Positions 14,394-28,487 of a stretch of DNA of 64,000 bases are shown in pieces (the stretch's first letter is position 1; each line of letters starts with the position of its first letter). Source of the DNA: Azolla caroliniana. Lineage: Eukaryota > Plantae > Polypodiophyta. Under the pieces are notes generated by a model. It saw only the letters and a list, made by a program, of their open reading frames with translations. It was not told the origin of the DNA and did no database searches. The stretch spans positions 17,298,001 through 17,362,000 of the forward strand of contig JBHGNT010000014.1 in NCBI GenBank assembly GCA_043228905.1. Reading direction: 5' to 3'. A program made the translations under genes and the position numbers.

Positions 14394-16374
14394 ATTCCTT
14401 CTTCTTCTCGTTTTTGAGGACTCTCCCTTGTGAGCTTCCTTATCATTCAATACCTTAGTCTATCCCTTAAGACTACCCTAACCTCTTCAAGGTTGTTTAA
14501 ACCATTATAACATCTTCAAGAGCTTTGGTTGGAGCATTCTTGTTAATAATTGAGGAATGCAAATTTTTGGTTGGTAATATCTCTTTTGTTATTTCTTAAT
14601 GTTGTTTTCATACTCTTAAAAAGACAAGTATCAAGACCTTGAAGGGAATAAAATCAAGAATGGTAAGAATGTAGAGTCTTCCATTAAACATTACGAATGG
14701 TAAGAATGTTATTCATAAACCATTACGAATGTAAAGGCCAATCTAGAGTCATTAGGTATTTAGTTTTGTCAAATATAGGGTGCTTAGTATTGAAGTGTTC
14801 CATAGAGTTAAAATTTCAACCAAATGGAAGGGCAAGACAAAACCACCAATCATAATAAGAAATTATAGGGATTTTTTAACAAAAGTATTTCTCCTCAATG
14901 GAACTTGTAAAGCGAGAACAAAAGTTTAACATAATCAAATGATGAAATGAAAAGAAAGCAATGTATGTTCAATATCCCTTCTAGGAGTATTGATATAAAC
15001 ATAGTTGGAACCATCACTTTCATTATTGAAAAGCTATAGAGCACACCCATAGTTTAGTGTACATTACTATTATTAAAAATAACATATTCACATTAAGGTA
15101 GTTCTAAGGGCAAGATGACTTGCAATGTACATTAAGGTAATCCCACGTGAGCCATATGATTGCAAACTATTCAAAAGTCGTCAAACATTTGTGAGTCGTG
15201 ACTAGAAGAAACTAAAAAACTAAACCTACATAAACAAAGCAATATCTAAAGGTATGATGAAAGTCATGAAAAAACTTTCTTATTTTAGAATAAAGTACTA
15301 AAGTTGATCATGAGAAGAAATATTGTAAAATTGTGGGTACAATGGTTTTTAGGAAAGGGCTAGTTATTGTTAGTTTTATATTATATATAAGTAATTTCCT
15401 TTCATGATTCTTTCTCTTGAAAATATCCTTCTATTAATTTATTCATTAACGTCATTTGTTCCTTATATCCACCCAATGTCACAATTCAAATGACCTATTG
15501 AACTTTGTTCATTCTCCATTCAACTTCTAGCACTTAATAATTCATGTTTCTTGATCTCCTCTTAGCTCCTAGAAGTACAATCTATTTAGAAAGTAGGTTG
15601 ACTAGAATTGGCCAAATCTTGGGTCTTGTAAGAAATTCGATCTCAACAATATATATTTGCATTGGGGGATGCCTAAATGTTTAAGAAGATGTTATCAAAA
15701 CCCTACCACATTAGCCATCAATCAAAAGAGCTTGGTGAGAGGAAATGAAAGGCACTAATGATGGATCAAAGTTATATTGTGCGAATAATTTCATTTGTTT
15801 CTAATAGTCAACAAAAGTTCTTTAACAAAAGTCTATTTTTTATTGGTAGAGAGCATATTTTTGATTATTCAAGATGTTAAAAAGGCGAAAATTAGGTCAT
15901 AACATTGATATCCATATAAGTTCACAAAGCCTAAAATCTTATCCATGTAAAAAAATCACTGACAAGTATGGTAGATGAGTATGTAGCCTTATAGAAAAAA
16001 ATCCAATATATATGATATAGAAAATTTTCTAGGACATAATGAGTCATATATTATATGTTTATGGATGTGTTCATAGTAGATAAAGCATTATTTCACATGT
16101 ATGTCCACACTTCCATGAGTGCCAAGGATAAACCTAAGAAATTGTAGGAGCATTCCTATACGTGAGACACACATGCACACCATACAAATTTACACAACAA
16201 TCAACACACAGGGAATATGACTCTTGCTTGATATGTGTGTGTACATATTGGGAAGGAGAAAAAAATACACAGAGTAACGACACACAGAGTAAAAACACAA
16301 AGCAAGGTTTTTGTACGGATAACTTTGTTTATATACAATTTTCTCTATGTAGTAACAAATAACAATAAACTATA

Positions 16375-18628
16375 TTTTTTTTTTATTACAAAAAAATTGC
16401 TGCCATTAGTTATAAAATTTTACAAATGAGACTATTATGTACAAATCCTTTTAGGGACGCGGCAATTCCATCTTATGTGGGTGCCCATTAACTGAAGAAA
16501 GGGAGAGGACGACCATTGTTGGATGAAGGCTATTTGTTGTCTTTCAACTCCATCGGAGCCGCCCTTGAGGCCATCATATTGGCTCTTTAGGGTGGCTACA
16601 ATTTCACTCCATATCTCTTGCAGTAACCTTGTTGGATGCGCGGTTTGGTTGGAGAAGACCTGTCTACACCGACCGTTGTTTCCATAGAATCCAAAGAGTT
16701 ATTGGGCTGAACAATTCCAACACAACTTGAGATTTGTCATTAAGAGGAGTTGAGTGGACATTGCCACTGGTGGAGAAAAAAACCTCTTGTGCTTTTATCA
16801 ACAAAGTCATCCCCTCCTCCTGATGCTCGTATATGCCAATTGGGGTCTGCCATGATAGCCAACATATATTTCCCCACTTGATTGAGCCTTGCACCTGGCA
16901 TAATTGCAACAAGCAACCAACCTCCCGCCATATTCGATGGGATGTTGGGCAGTCCCATAGAGTGTGTCGTATTGATTCTACTACATTTGGGAACTCTACA
17001 CAATTAGGAGAGCTAAGGTTCGCACGTTGCCATGCTCCCACCGGTAGTGACTTATGTATTAATAGCCATTGGAACGTGGTAATTCGCCTCGCGTGTTGTT
17101 GTTTCCAGATTTTCTGCTAAAACTTGGTGATAATTGTGTGAGGAACTTGATATGTGTGCCAGACCTTTGCAGCAGCCCGCTCTCAAGCGGGTTGAGCAGC
17201 TAGAATGTGGCAACCCAATTTAGTTGTGAATTGGAAGTAAGGATCATGCCATGTCCATTGCAAACGGGTTGTACTTTGATCGGATCAAGATCTACAATCC
17301 ATTTATGACCAGTATACGCGAGTACTCGAATTGCGTTATTCTGTGTTGGTGTCTCAGTGTCTCGCAATTCAGAGCCTTCGATCATGTCTGGTGTTCCCCT
17401 ACCCCTCAGGATCAAAGATCCCTCCTCCTCATAGCCTATCCATTTCTCCATTGTCGTCCTTTGAGTATCAACTTCCCTAATCAATAGACCATTAATGATT
17501 TCTGATCTCATAGTCCATCCGCCCCTGATTCCATGGAGTATGTTGGCTTGATCTTGTAGTGGCCGTGACATAAACCATCGCCAACATTCTATACTTTTTC
17601 ATGAACCTTCTGCAATGTATCCCCATGACAACCCCTTACGTAATCCCAGTAGTTGATTAGATTCATCCTTGAGACATGGGTTCCATAGGATACGTTGACT
17701 GAACCAGGCAGGTTCAGAACTCGGTTGATCGCACTTGAGCCCTCATCTAATGTCACACCATGCCTTCCACATGGATGCACTGAATCTATCCTCCAATTGG
17801 CAGGAGAAACTAGGTTTGAGATCCATGTTTAGAATCCATCCCATTTGTGAGCCCTCATCTAATGTCACACCATGCCTTCCACATGGATGCACTGAATCTA
17901 TCCTCCAATTGGCAGGAGAAACTAGGTTTGAGATCCATGTTTAGAATCCATCCCATTTGGGGGGCCCAATTGACCCCTTTTCGTGGCCTAAAGTAAGCGA
18001 AACATAACCGTAGTAGCATTTTCCAATAGTCATTTCCTGGTTGGAGTTCTCGCACCACAAATTTGGCAAGTAAGGCTTTTGATTGTGAAAGGGGATCAAT
18101 AAGACCCAATTCCCCTCTCGACTTAGGTGTTGTGAGTATAGGCCACGCCACCTTGGCGTGAGTTACATGATCTTCTTTACCAGACCAAATGTAGTTGCGT
18201 ACCAATAGTTGAATCTAATGTATACTTTCCTTGGAGATTGTCCAACATGATAGACTGTACCATGCTGTTGCGAGTAGTACCTGCTTTGCCACTATGATGT
18301 GACACGCTACCGACAGTTTTTTTGAACTCCAATGTATCAACTTTTGTCGAATGGAATGGATAACGAGTGCAATCATAGTCTCCGGCAGTATATTGAAACC
18401 AATTTGGAAACCAAAATATTTGGTGCTCGCTGCTTGATTGATCCATTTGAAAGCAGGATGTGGGTGCCACGCAGCATGTGTTTCATGAGAAGCCATATTG
18501 CACAGGATTTGTGCCAATTGATCATGGCATTGGATCTCTTACAAAATACGGCTAACCCACATTCTAGCTTTTGGAAGTTTTCCAAGTCCCCTTGTAGGTA
18601 GACCGTTGTGTCATATGCAAATTCTCCC
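16375..18628 (-). mobile_element. L1-clade LINE family 1, copy 2: 5'-truncated at the RT catalytic motif, with an internal duplication and deletions
   Basis: The minus strand reads EFAYDTTVYLQG (decayed FADD), KYFGFQIG, RNYIWSG...VAWPILTTPKSRGELGLIDP and zf-RVT. The tail appears as a T-run at about 16375-16384. A 112-bp tandem duplication lies at 17736-17847/17848-17959. Confidence 0.9.
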
Positions 18629-20863
18629 CCATGATCATCAATACCATCTTTAATAAACTCTACATTAGCTTCATTTTCATGTAGTACATGGAGGATATTG
18701 TTAATGAAGACTTGTTCCAATACCTCCTCCAAAATAAAGTTCTAACACATGACATGTTTAGAAACACCTTCATTGTAATGCTTCATCTTAGAGGAACATT
18801 ATCATGCTCGTGGAACAAGTCATCTTATTTCACGCGAATTATCTTATATGTTGAGCATACAATATTCATCCTCCACTAGGTTTTCATGCATACATTGCAT
18901 ATGTTCATATTTGGGTGATGATGCCATGATATCACCTCAACACCTAGCTTGTGTGAATGAGTTCAAAGAATTGTTAAGGCTCTTTGAGAGCCAAGGTTCA
19001 TGGTATTAGTGAATTGTGATTGGGTATGTTCTAGTATTTTTACCTTGTATTGGGGTCAACGTTGGGGGGTTAATATTTGCAATGTAGTATTTCAATTTTA
19101 ACATTTTCGCATCTTGTCATTCATCCTTAGTGTCTCTAATAATATATCCCCAATGACCACATCCTTCATAGCATAACATGAGAGCTCTAATAAATCTTTT
19201 ACTCCATATCTTTGAAACTATATCATAATGTCAAGCACCCAATGAGGTAAGAGGATTTTAGTCTTAGAAGTATTTGCACTGAAAGCCTAATACAAGCAAT
19301 TCATTTCCAAACTTGAATTTCTAGGGCATCAATAAAGATGATAACGACGAGGCTTCAAGATCCTATGACTCTTTCAATTGTTATGAAAACGTTATCACCT
19401 ATGAATATGTTTATGAAATCTACGAATATTGTAATTTGCAACACGAAGGACTATGGACTTGGGAAGTTCTGTCAAATTCAAAAAATGATTGAAGGAAACC
19501 TTTTTCTCTTACAATTGACATTGATAAATTGTATGAAAAATTTACAATCTTCTAAAGGCAAGCTACCATTGAATGGCGTGGAAGAGATGTTTTGGATATT
19601 TGGAGTATGATAAGTTGTATTGAGGTTTGGGAACAAAAGCTTACCCAAGCCTTTAAAAGCTTGCATTCATATAGTTGAATCAATGTTATTCTATGACAAC
19701 ATGCTAAAATGCAACATGATAAATGCATTGATTTGCATACTTGTTCATGGACATGAACTAGACAGACATAACTTCAGTGCTAGTATTTTGTTATGGCAAG
19801 AAATAAAGGCATATCATCATATGTTAATAGGAATTCCTTGTGAACATGATGACATCAAAGACTTCATAGAAGTCATAGAATGCTATTAAATATGTTTTGG
19901 AATTTCCTCATGTAATGACTTATTATTCTCTCTTACCAAGAGAATGAGTTAAAATATGCTTTATGATTCGTAATATGATGGTTTAATTGTGAATTTTGTA
20001 CTAAGAAGAAAATAAAATTAAACAACTTTTAATTTCTTGTTGTTTCGAATTACATGTACACCAATAAGAAACTAAGAGTTTTAAAACTTTATTTTTGGTT
20101 AACAAGAAGCAAAAAAATGTTCAATAAGTTTGCCCAAGAATGTTTGAGGGATGCCACATACAAATTATAATCATCCTTAAGTCTTCAACTATGTTGATCA
20201 TGTTTGATAGATACATCAAATACGGTATGTACCATATTTGTTTAATGTTTTAATGCAAGTTACATGCCTAGAAAAAAAAAACACATTTTGGTATTGTTAC
20301 ACTCTTATAAAATACGTACTTTATATATCCCAGAGTACTACACTTGCAATTACAATTATTTTACAATTTTAAACAATAGAGGTTGTGTTATATTACTAGA
20401 TAATAATAATTTTGTCTCAAAATTGAACAAAGAAAAACTATATATAAAGTTTAAACCCATAATAAAACTTGCGTTTAAACTCTTAAAGAAAATTCACTCA
20501 AAATACGTTTATATAAGAGAACCATTGCTCATCTCTTTCCTCTCCAATATCGATTTCATCAAATTTGGTGTCCATTGATGACTTTCCCACAATTATCAAT
20601 GCCAACTTCTTCATCCTTACCAATCACATCAAGGCTTGACTTCATTTGATAACCCAACACATTTAATCAATTGCATTACTAACCGGCAATAAGTAAATGT
20701 TTCACTAACTTCATTTTGTCCATTCCTTCCTATACAATTATCAGAAACTCCTTGAGAAGATGACATATTTGTTGTCAAGCTCCATTTCGTTCTTCCCAAG
20801 CTCAGACCCTTGAGAAAAACAATTTTATAGATATTTTCTTCTAAGGATTTCTAATCATTTCAC

Positions 20864-21730
20864 TTTTTTTTTCTTTTTTTCCAAAAAAAAACTCCTTCCA
20901 TTAGTTATAAAATTTATCAGATGAGATTAGTATATACAAATCCTTGTAGGGACACAATAGGTCCATCTTATGTGGATGCCCACTGGCTCAATAAAGGGGG
21001 AGGACGACCATTGTTGGATGAAGGCTAGTCGTTGTCTTTTAACTCCATCGGAGTCACCCTTGAGGCCATCATATTGGAGGCCATCATATTGGCTCTTTAG
21101 AGTGGCTACCACTTCACTCCATATCTCTTGCATTAACATTATTGACTGCATGGTTTGGTTGGAGAAGACCCGTCTACACCATTGTTTCCATAGAATCCAA
21201 AGAGTTATTGGGCTGACCAATTCCAACACAACTTGAGATTTGGCATTAATAGGAGTTGAGTGGACATTGTCGATGGTGGAGAAAAAAACCTCTTGTGCTT
21301 TTATAACCAAAGTCATCCCCTCTTCTTGATTCTCATATCTGTCAACTGGGGCCTGCCATGATAGCCAACATACATTCCCCCACTTGATTGAGCCTTGCAC
21401 TTGGCATAATTGCAATAAGCAGCCAACCCCCCGCCATATTCGATGGGACTTTGGGTAGTCCCATAGAGCGTGTCGTAGTGATTCTACTACAGTTGGACAC
21501 GCTACACAATTAGGAGAGCTGAGGTTCCCACGCTGCCATGCACCAACCAGTAGTGACTTATGTATTAACAACCATTGGAAAGTGGTGATTCGCCTCGCGT
21601 GTTGTTGTTTCCAGAGTTTCTGCCAAAACTTGGTGATAATTGTGTTAGGAACATGATATGTTTTCCAGACCTTTGCAGCGGCCGGATCTCAGGTAGATTG
21701 AGCGGCTATAATATGGCGACCCAATCTAGT
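20864..21730 (-). mobile_element. L1-clade LINE family 1, copy 3: short 5'-truncated copy with TSD
   Basis: ORF 20927-21571 contains zf-RVT. The tail lies at 20864-20880. TSD tcta(a/g)tcatttcac is at 20850-20863 and 21725-21738. Confidence 0.9.
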
Positions 21731-21810
21731 CATTTCACATTTTTGGTTTGCATTTTGGGCCGTATTTTAATATTCATGACATTTGGAGTTTTTTTATAAG
21801 TATTCACTAG

Positions 21811-22321
21811 TAGCAATCGGCAACAATTTGGTTTAGTTCGAGAGTGTCAAACTCTAATTTTTTAAGAAAATTGAAACTTAAACCAAATCAAACTGTTACA
21901 AAAAATTCAAGCTCAAACCAAACGGTTTAGAGAATTTCAAACCGTTAACACTTTCGTTTTGTGGTTCGGTTTTGGTTTTCAAGTTAGGTCAAAATTCAAA
22001 ATTTCACATTTTAATTTTAATTTTTTTTTTCAATATTTCAAAATTTAAAGATTTTAGTTAAACTATCAAAATTAGGCTTTAAATGTTTAAAAAAAAATTT
22101 AAGAAAATTATCAAGTGTCAATCTTAAATTGTCAAACCGTTTACTTCGAAAATCGTTAAACCAATAAAGGCTCGAACCAAACCAAACCCTTAAACCCCCA
22201 AACCAAAACCGAACTGTTTATTAAAACCTGAACTTGAACCAAACCAAACCAAACCATTTTTACCGTGAAACCGTGGTTTCGCGGATTGGTTCCATTCAAA
22301 CTGAATCGTTGCTAATGGCTA
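21811..22321. mobile_element. hAT-type MITE, copy 1
   Basis: TIRs tagcaatcggcaac...gttgctaatggcta. The 8-bp TSD is ttcactag (21803-21810) / ctcactag (22322-22329). Many internal aaaccg/aaacca subterminal motifs. Confidence 0.85.
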
Positions 22322-23025
22322 CTCACTAGATGGTTTTTGCACTAGTTCATTTGATTTGCCAATGTAACATTAAGGTCTACTATATATAGTTATGTTTATA
22401 AGGTATTATACGTATGTAATTGTGAAGTAGTCCTACATAAATACTTTTGTCTCAATGGTCAATGTAGACTATCTTATTGCACCAATTTGATAATTGCATT
22501 ATTAGGTTATGAGCATTCATTGTTAATATGGTAAATGAACACTTGATGCTAACAATGTGTCTCTATGCATGCTAACATCAATATCCAACATTAAATGATG
22601 GAACCCACACCCTTAAGATTTCATTGTGTTTATATAGTTGAATTATACAAATTCAATAGCGAGTTTATTAGCAAAACATTTTGATAATTCAACTTCTTTC
22701 ACATTTCAAACGAATATCAAATTATTAATGTAACTTATAACCTAACTTTTTAAATTCAATTGAGTTATAAATTCTACACGTGCAAGTGTTACTTAATATT
22801 TGTGAGTTTTGGCTAACCTTCTTGAAGTCTAGGTTATAGATAGAGATTCTTTAACAATAGTTGCTCCTTCAAGCCATGTTAGCAACATGTACCATTGTTG
22901 TTCTAGTATGTGAATGAAGCAGTTTGTTGGAGAAGCTAAGGGACTTGATACATACATATGTTAACACATGGTATTCTAGATTCACATACTACATATTCCA
23001 CTACAAATTGCATATAGTTTAATAG

Positions 23026-23253
23026 AAGTGGTGGTATGCATATTCAATATAATGAGTAGAAAGTCAACGTAAAATAATATCTTACTAAGAACTCACAACG
23101 AAGACTACTAGAATGTGTTGTGGTGGAATATAGGTTGGAATACGCTCTAATACAAGTGGTGGTATGCATATTCAATATAATGAGACAGAAACTCAATGTA
23201 AAATATTGACATCTTACTAATCATAACTCACAACAAAGACTACTAGAATGTGT
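23026..23253. repeat. Diverged two-copy tandem duplication, period about 130 bp
   Basis: aagtggtggtatgcatattcaatataatgag...actcacaac(g/a)aagactactagaatgtgt occurs twice. Confidence 0.8.
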
Positions 23254-23369
23254 AGAACCTACGTTTAAAATTATGACAATAAGTCTTTTGTCTATGTATA
23301 GTATAGCTCGTTCACAACTTCGAAACATCTTCATGGTCTTAAATATCTACCCACTTTATGATTCAATGC

Positions 23370-24400
23370 ATTAATATGGGGAGTGGATTAGTTCCCGTGG
23401 TGGTGAGGCTGGATGCAAGTTATGTGGACATGCTTTGGAATCAGTCCCTCACTGTTTCTGGAATTGTGTAGAGGCAATTAGCATTTGGTGTAAAAGCCTC
23501 AGGATCATGGCAGCTTGTAGTGTGAATGGGATACTTGTGTGGAGTTCCATATAGGGTCCGACATTAAAATTGAAAGGTTGTGCCGAACATTTAAACCCAT
23601 AGGGACATGGATTTATAGTGCAAGGTGGCAATGTGTTGCAATGTGCTGGGGTGAGACTTGGCACGAACTCTGAATGTTTTGAGGAGATATGGCTTATGGT
23701 GGCGTGCTTGTCAGTGTGGCACATTTGGACCACACGTTTCAAATTTGTTTTTCAGCCGCAAAAGCTCCCACGTGGTGAGGTGATGCTAAATACTTATTCG
23801 AGCTGAGGTAAAAAAGAGGGGGTGGGGATTATTACAAGATTTGTGGGGAGATGGGCAATGTGAGTTTTGCTTATTGTTTTGCTGGTTTTGGAGTTGATCC
23901 ATTGAGTTGTATATATTGATCCCTCTAAGGTTAGTCTCTATGGATCTTCGTGTTTGAACTTTGTTGTATTTTGTTTGCTAACTAATATGAAGTTAACAAT
24001 CGGCAACGGTTCGGTTTGAACTGAACAGAACTGCGAAACCACAGTTTAAATGGTTTAACGGTTTTTTATTTGTATTTATTTTTAAAAATTTTAAAAAATG
24101 TTTTAAAACAATCTTTTCATTTTTAGACCTTATTCTCACATTTTAGGAACATCTTTAAAATTGTAAAAATTTTAAAAAATGAAATATTTAAAATTTTTTA
24201 AATGTAAATTTTTAAAATTTGACCCAAGTTGAAAACCGAAACCGAACCACGAAACCATGGTTTTAATGGTTTTGTGGTTCGGTTTGGTTCAGGTTTCAAA
24301 TTTCTTAAACGGTTCAGCTTTGACCCTCTCAAACCGAACCAAACCGTTGCCGATTGTTATATGTAGTGGTGTTTATTGGGGGATTTTTTTGTGTGTGTTT
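23370..24400 (+). mobile_element. Decayed 3' end of a second LINE family (zf-RVT and 3' UTR), interrupted by a MITE
   Basis: About 23414-23467 encodes CKLCGHALESVPHCFWNC. ORF 23618-23806 has IWLMVACLSVWHIWTTR. The 3' UTR resembles 25670-25795. Confidence 0.65.
23994..24359. mobile_element. hAT-type MITE, copy 2
   Basis: Near-perfect TIR taacaatcggcaacggtt(c/t)ggtt. The 8-bp TSD is tatgaagt (23986-23993) / tatgtagt (24360-24367). Confidence 0.9.
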
Positions 24401-25499
24401 TCTAATGGAACGAAATCATGATGCCACTACCAAATAGAATAGTCAACTTAGTAATTCCCATTTGATAACAAGTTTGTCCAAATGAACCATTTTCCATCCA
24501 AACATTATTTATGGTCTAGCACCCTCATGAAAACTTTTCAGAAAAGACATGTTTGTTTTACAAGTTGGAGGTGAATTGCTAAGATAAAGAGAAGATGATT
24601 TGATTTGAAGAATAAAAGTGTCAATTTGAAGAGATCATATGATATGTACCATTCTTGTGATTAAAAACGATATGCAAACTTCATTAACTAGCCATTACAT
24701 CTACTTCATAATACACTTATTAGGTATGACTTTCATATAACACTATCATTTCAACAAATTTGTAATTGTCTTATGACAAAGATAGCATCCCATATTTCGA
24801 TATTGCATCATCATCGCATACTTTTTTCAAAACAAACATTCTCAAGCCATAAATATTTAAACTAAGTCACTTCCCTTAAAGATATTGACTGTTTAAAGAT
24901 AAGATGACATTGTAGATGTACCCTCCAAATGCATCATGTAGGTAAGGGGCCACAAAAAATTGCCATCAATATTAATTTCAAGACAAATTGGGAAACAAAT
25001 CAGTCCTCTTAGGTAAGAACCTTGATTGATCAAGTTTGAAAGTTTTAAATGGTTTCATTATCTTAAGGATAAAGCTTATCATTAAATTTAGAGAAAAGAT
25101 ACAATTCATTTGAGGACCATAGAAATTTCTCATATTTCATACAAGATAGCTTTAAATATTACAAATGTTAGATAGAAAGATAGATAAAAGAAGGGATTCA
25201 TATTACTAAGAAGCTAAGTAATGGAACTATCTATCTCTTGCCTAAGTAATTAATTTATAAATGTATTAGACAACACTAACTTTTATTGTGATTAGTTTCT
25301 ATAGTATATCCCAATTTCTTTCTTTTACATTTTCTCTTTTGTTAGTTGTTTAATAACTTCACCGTAATAACATTAAGTTTCCAAAATTGTTTGGGAAAAT
25401 GTTGAACTTGGGACATTTAAAATGAACTACTTTGATGGGACACATGTTCGAATAAAAGATTGGATTTAGATATTTTAGTAGTAATAGCCTCTTTCAAGT

Positions 25500-25800
25500 G
25501 ATCCATCACATCATCTCTTTTGTTAATATGGTAAAATCATCGTCAGGGCCTAAATGGAACTTCCAAGCACCGAGATGGTTGTTTCCGCCTATGGCTTCCA
25601 TTAGTAGACAGGAGATGTAAATATGTAGTTACCATGTAAAAAGAGTTAGCGCGATACTTTTGTTGTAAATATCAGGGTGGGGATTATGCTTAGTTTTGTG
25701 TGGAGTAGTGTGAGTTTTGCTGATTATGGTTGAACTTTGATGTACTTCGTTTGCTAACTAATGGGAAGTAGTGTTTTTTTTGGATTTTTTTTTTCTTAAG
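25500..25800 (+). mobile_element. Short 3' remnant of the second LINE family
   Basis: Encodes GPKWNFQAPRWLFPP-like ORF2 terminus. The 3' UTR matches 23820-24390 without the MITE. Confidence 0.5.
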
Positions 25801-28117
25801 GCCAAGTTAAAAACATAATGTTTCATTTAGATCCCTGAAATGCAACATGATTAATTAAAGTAGTTGTTAAATATAAATAGTACATTTGCAAAGGTAGGCT
25901 TGGAAAACGTAGAGTTGAACTTGAAAAATTTATGAGTACAAACAATTAGAAACCCGAAAGCTTTGGGCCAAGCAATGCTACCTTGTTTTGGACCCGCTCG
26001 TTATATTACTTAAAATGTTACATGGAATTTTTTTGTTCAAGATTGTGTTAGCACTAATGTGATGCGTTAGAGATATATAAGATGTCAATGAAATTAATCT
26101 AGAGTAATATTCAATGAAAAGAGAAGATAATTAGTTAGGATTATTAAATATTGGCCTTGTAACCTAAACATGAACGGTTTGTGGTTTATACCCTTATACA
26201 TGCATTCAATGGTAGATAGATTCATGTTTAAGTTATCATCATCACCAAATTTCAAGACGTTTCAGCTTGCCGATTGATTGTAGATCTATGTTTGTTTGTA
26301 TCGTAAGAAATATTTGATGGAGGTAGGTAAATATTAGGGAGGGTTGACTCATGGGTCCAGAAGGTCATATTTGACTACAAGAACGATCTCTCTCCCTTTT
26401 CTCCCTCTCTTGTTACCAAAAGGTAAACATTGACCATCTAATCCTATCCTTCTGCATGGTCCTCTCTCTCTCCTCGTAATTAAAAAAGTACATCTATGCA
26501 CAAAATAATCATTACCTATCTATGCTACTCTTGTTGCTTCATATAAATATAATATCTTGTTCCTAGATTTTTTTTCTCCATTTCTCTTGTTACATGGCAT
26601 TGTTTAGACAATGGTAACTTTACCTCATTGATTGAGCCTATCATTAAAATGACTGTTGATTGACTAACTTAGAGAGAGACTGAGTGAGTAAGAGAGAGAT
26701 ATAGGCGATCGACTATAATGCAATGAAATGTGAATTATCTAAGTTTTGATATCAACTTTGAAAAAGATGTGGTCCCAATAAGATCTCATATTTCATTTCG
26801 TGGCTAGATTTTGACCGTACACAAACACATATGAGAAAGCTTTGTACCTTGTACTTGCAAAGTGTGATAATTATATTGGAGAGAGTTGAGATGCCACCCT
26901 TCAAATTCATATATTCTCTCCTTCATCACAAAAATATATAACCCCCCAACCCCCCCCCCCCCCCCCCCCCACTCTCTCTCAATCTGTACTCTTATCTCAA
27001 TGCTCAGTAATAAAATTCTTGAACATTGAACGTCTCTAATAAACTCCACACACAACATGAAAATATCTCACTTTTGTTCCATATATCACGTTTTAACTTC
27101 AAGGATGATAATACAATCTATCCATCTCACTCATAGACACACTCTCTTTGTCTTATACTCTTGTCCCTATATTGGAATCCTATAAAACCACAATACATGT
27201 GGAGTTGTATCAAGCATTTAAAAATACAAGGCTATACATATTAGTCTTGGTATGCATTTGTAGAAACATTCTCAAACACAACATCATCATCCAAATATAA
27301 GCTTGGATACGACATATTGATAAATCATAAAATCTAGCAGGAATATATTCTACACCCTAAAGTTCAAAAGTAGGTGGGAGCTGGAACCACCCTATTCCCT
27401 AGTGGTTAAAGTGTTTGACTTAGCACTACTTTGTAAGCATACTTTATTTCAAATCAAATCAGAACTCATCAAAACATTGTTTGAATAGTACGAATTAAGA
27501 TTGAGGAAAGATTGGGAAAAGAAGATTGCCTAGTACAACTAAAGGTTGAGCTTTGGAAATCATTAAGCCTTTAAGAGAATAACATAAACATCCGTCATAT
27601 TGTATGCATGACAAGAACTTTCTGAAATTATATCACACGGACGATGGGGGTTGTACAATACAACATATTAAGTTGCATAATATGAGATGTAAAGAGTGTA
27701 CATATTTAAGAGTCTATATTATAAAATGTGAACTATTGGTTGGATACATTCGTAACTTGGACATGGTAAAACAACATCAGTTTTTTTGGAAAAATACAAC
27801 ATACATTTCTAATATTGAAACAAAATCTACCTACATTGGCTAGGTCTTCTTGATGGTAACTTGGTCATAGAAAACACTTCATTTTATCAATATCGCTTGG
27901 GTAATGTGTTTCACTTGTAATGTTTTCTACTCTTCAAATCCTATCAATGTCTTAGAATATTCAACAATACGTTTTATAAAGTTAAACGTGTAGTTTATAA
28001 GACCTTTTCATTCTCTAGTCTTATCATTCCTATAGCATGTCACATTGGTTAATAAATTTTAGGGTGTATAAATTTAAGTGTAAAATCTATAAGGTTTAAG
28101 AAAATTGAGATACATGA

Positions 28118-28400
28118 GGAGCAATTGGCAATTTGGTTTAGTTTAGTTTGGGAATCCCAAACTTAAACCGTTTGAAAAAATTGAAACATAAATAAAACAA
28201 AATCGAACCATGAAACCTTTTAAGTTGAAACCGATGGTTATAGAAAATTCAGGCTCAAACCAAACAGTTCGAGACATTTACAAACCGTTAAGCCGTTGAG
28301 TTGCGGTTTCACAATCCGGTTTTGGTTTCCAAGTTAGTTCAAAATTACAATTTTAAAATCAAGTTTCAAATTTCAAAGGTTTCCTAAAATGTCAAAATTA
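28118..28400. mobile_element. Truncated, decayed third copy of the hAT MITE family
   Basis: Starts gagcaattggcaatttggtttagttt, similar to the 21811 terminus, and shares the internal aaattcaggctcaaaccaaac...ggttttggtttccaagttag block. No right TIR was found. Confidence 0.6.
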
Positions 28401-28487
28401 TCATTAAAAAGTTAAAAGGTTGTTCAAGAAAATATTTAAGAAAAGGTCAATTTGCATATTCTACGTTTTAGAATACTTTGAAGTATT

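Noticed and set aside
14400-14640. Ancient Copia RNase H end and PPT
   Set aside because: Only a TKALE-like trace and a purine tract, too degraded to support a call.
16360-18665. TSD for LINE copy 2 (caataaactata vs taataaactcta)
   Set aside because: Two mismatches, low complexity, and about 20 bp away from the apparent 5' end.
18630-20600. Host gene exons or a DNA transposase in the short AT-rich ORFs
   Set aside because: No motif or splice structure that I could recognise. It may be a decayed element and would need a translated search.
26942-26971. Poly-C run as a functional G-quadruplex
   Set aside because: It is an isolated homopolymer with no supporting context, and its length may be unreliable.
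27370-27432. tRNA-derived SINE remnant on the minus strand (ggtggttccagctcccacc)
   Set aside because: Only a weak T-arm-like hairpin, with no convincing A-box, tail or TSD.
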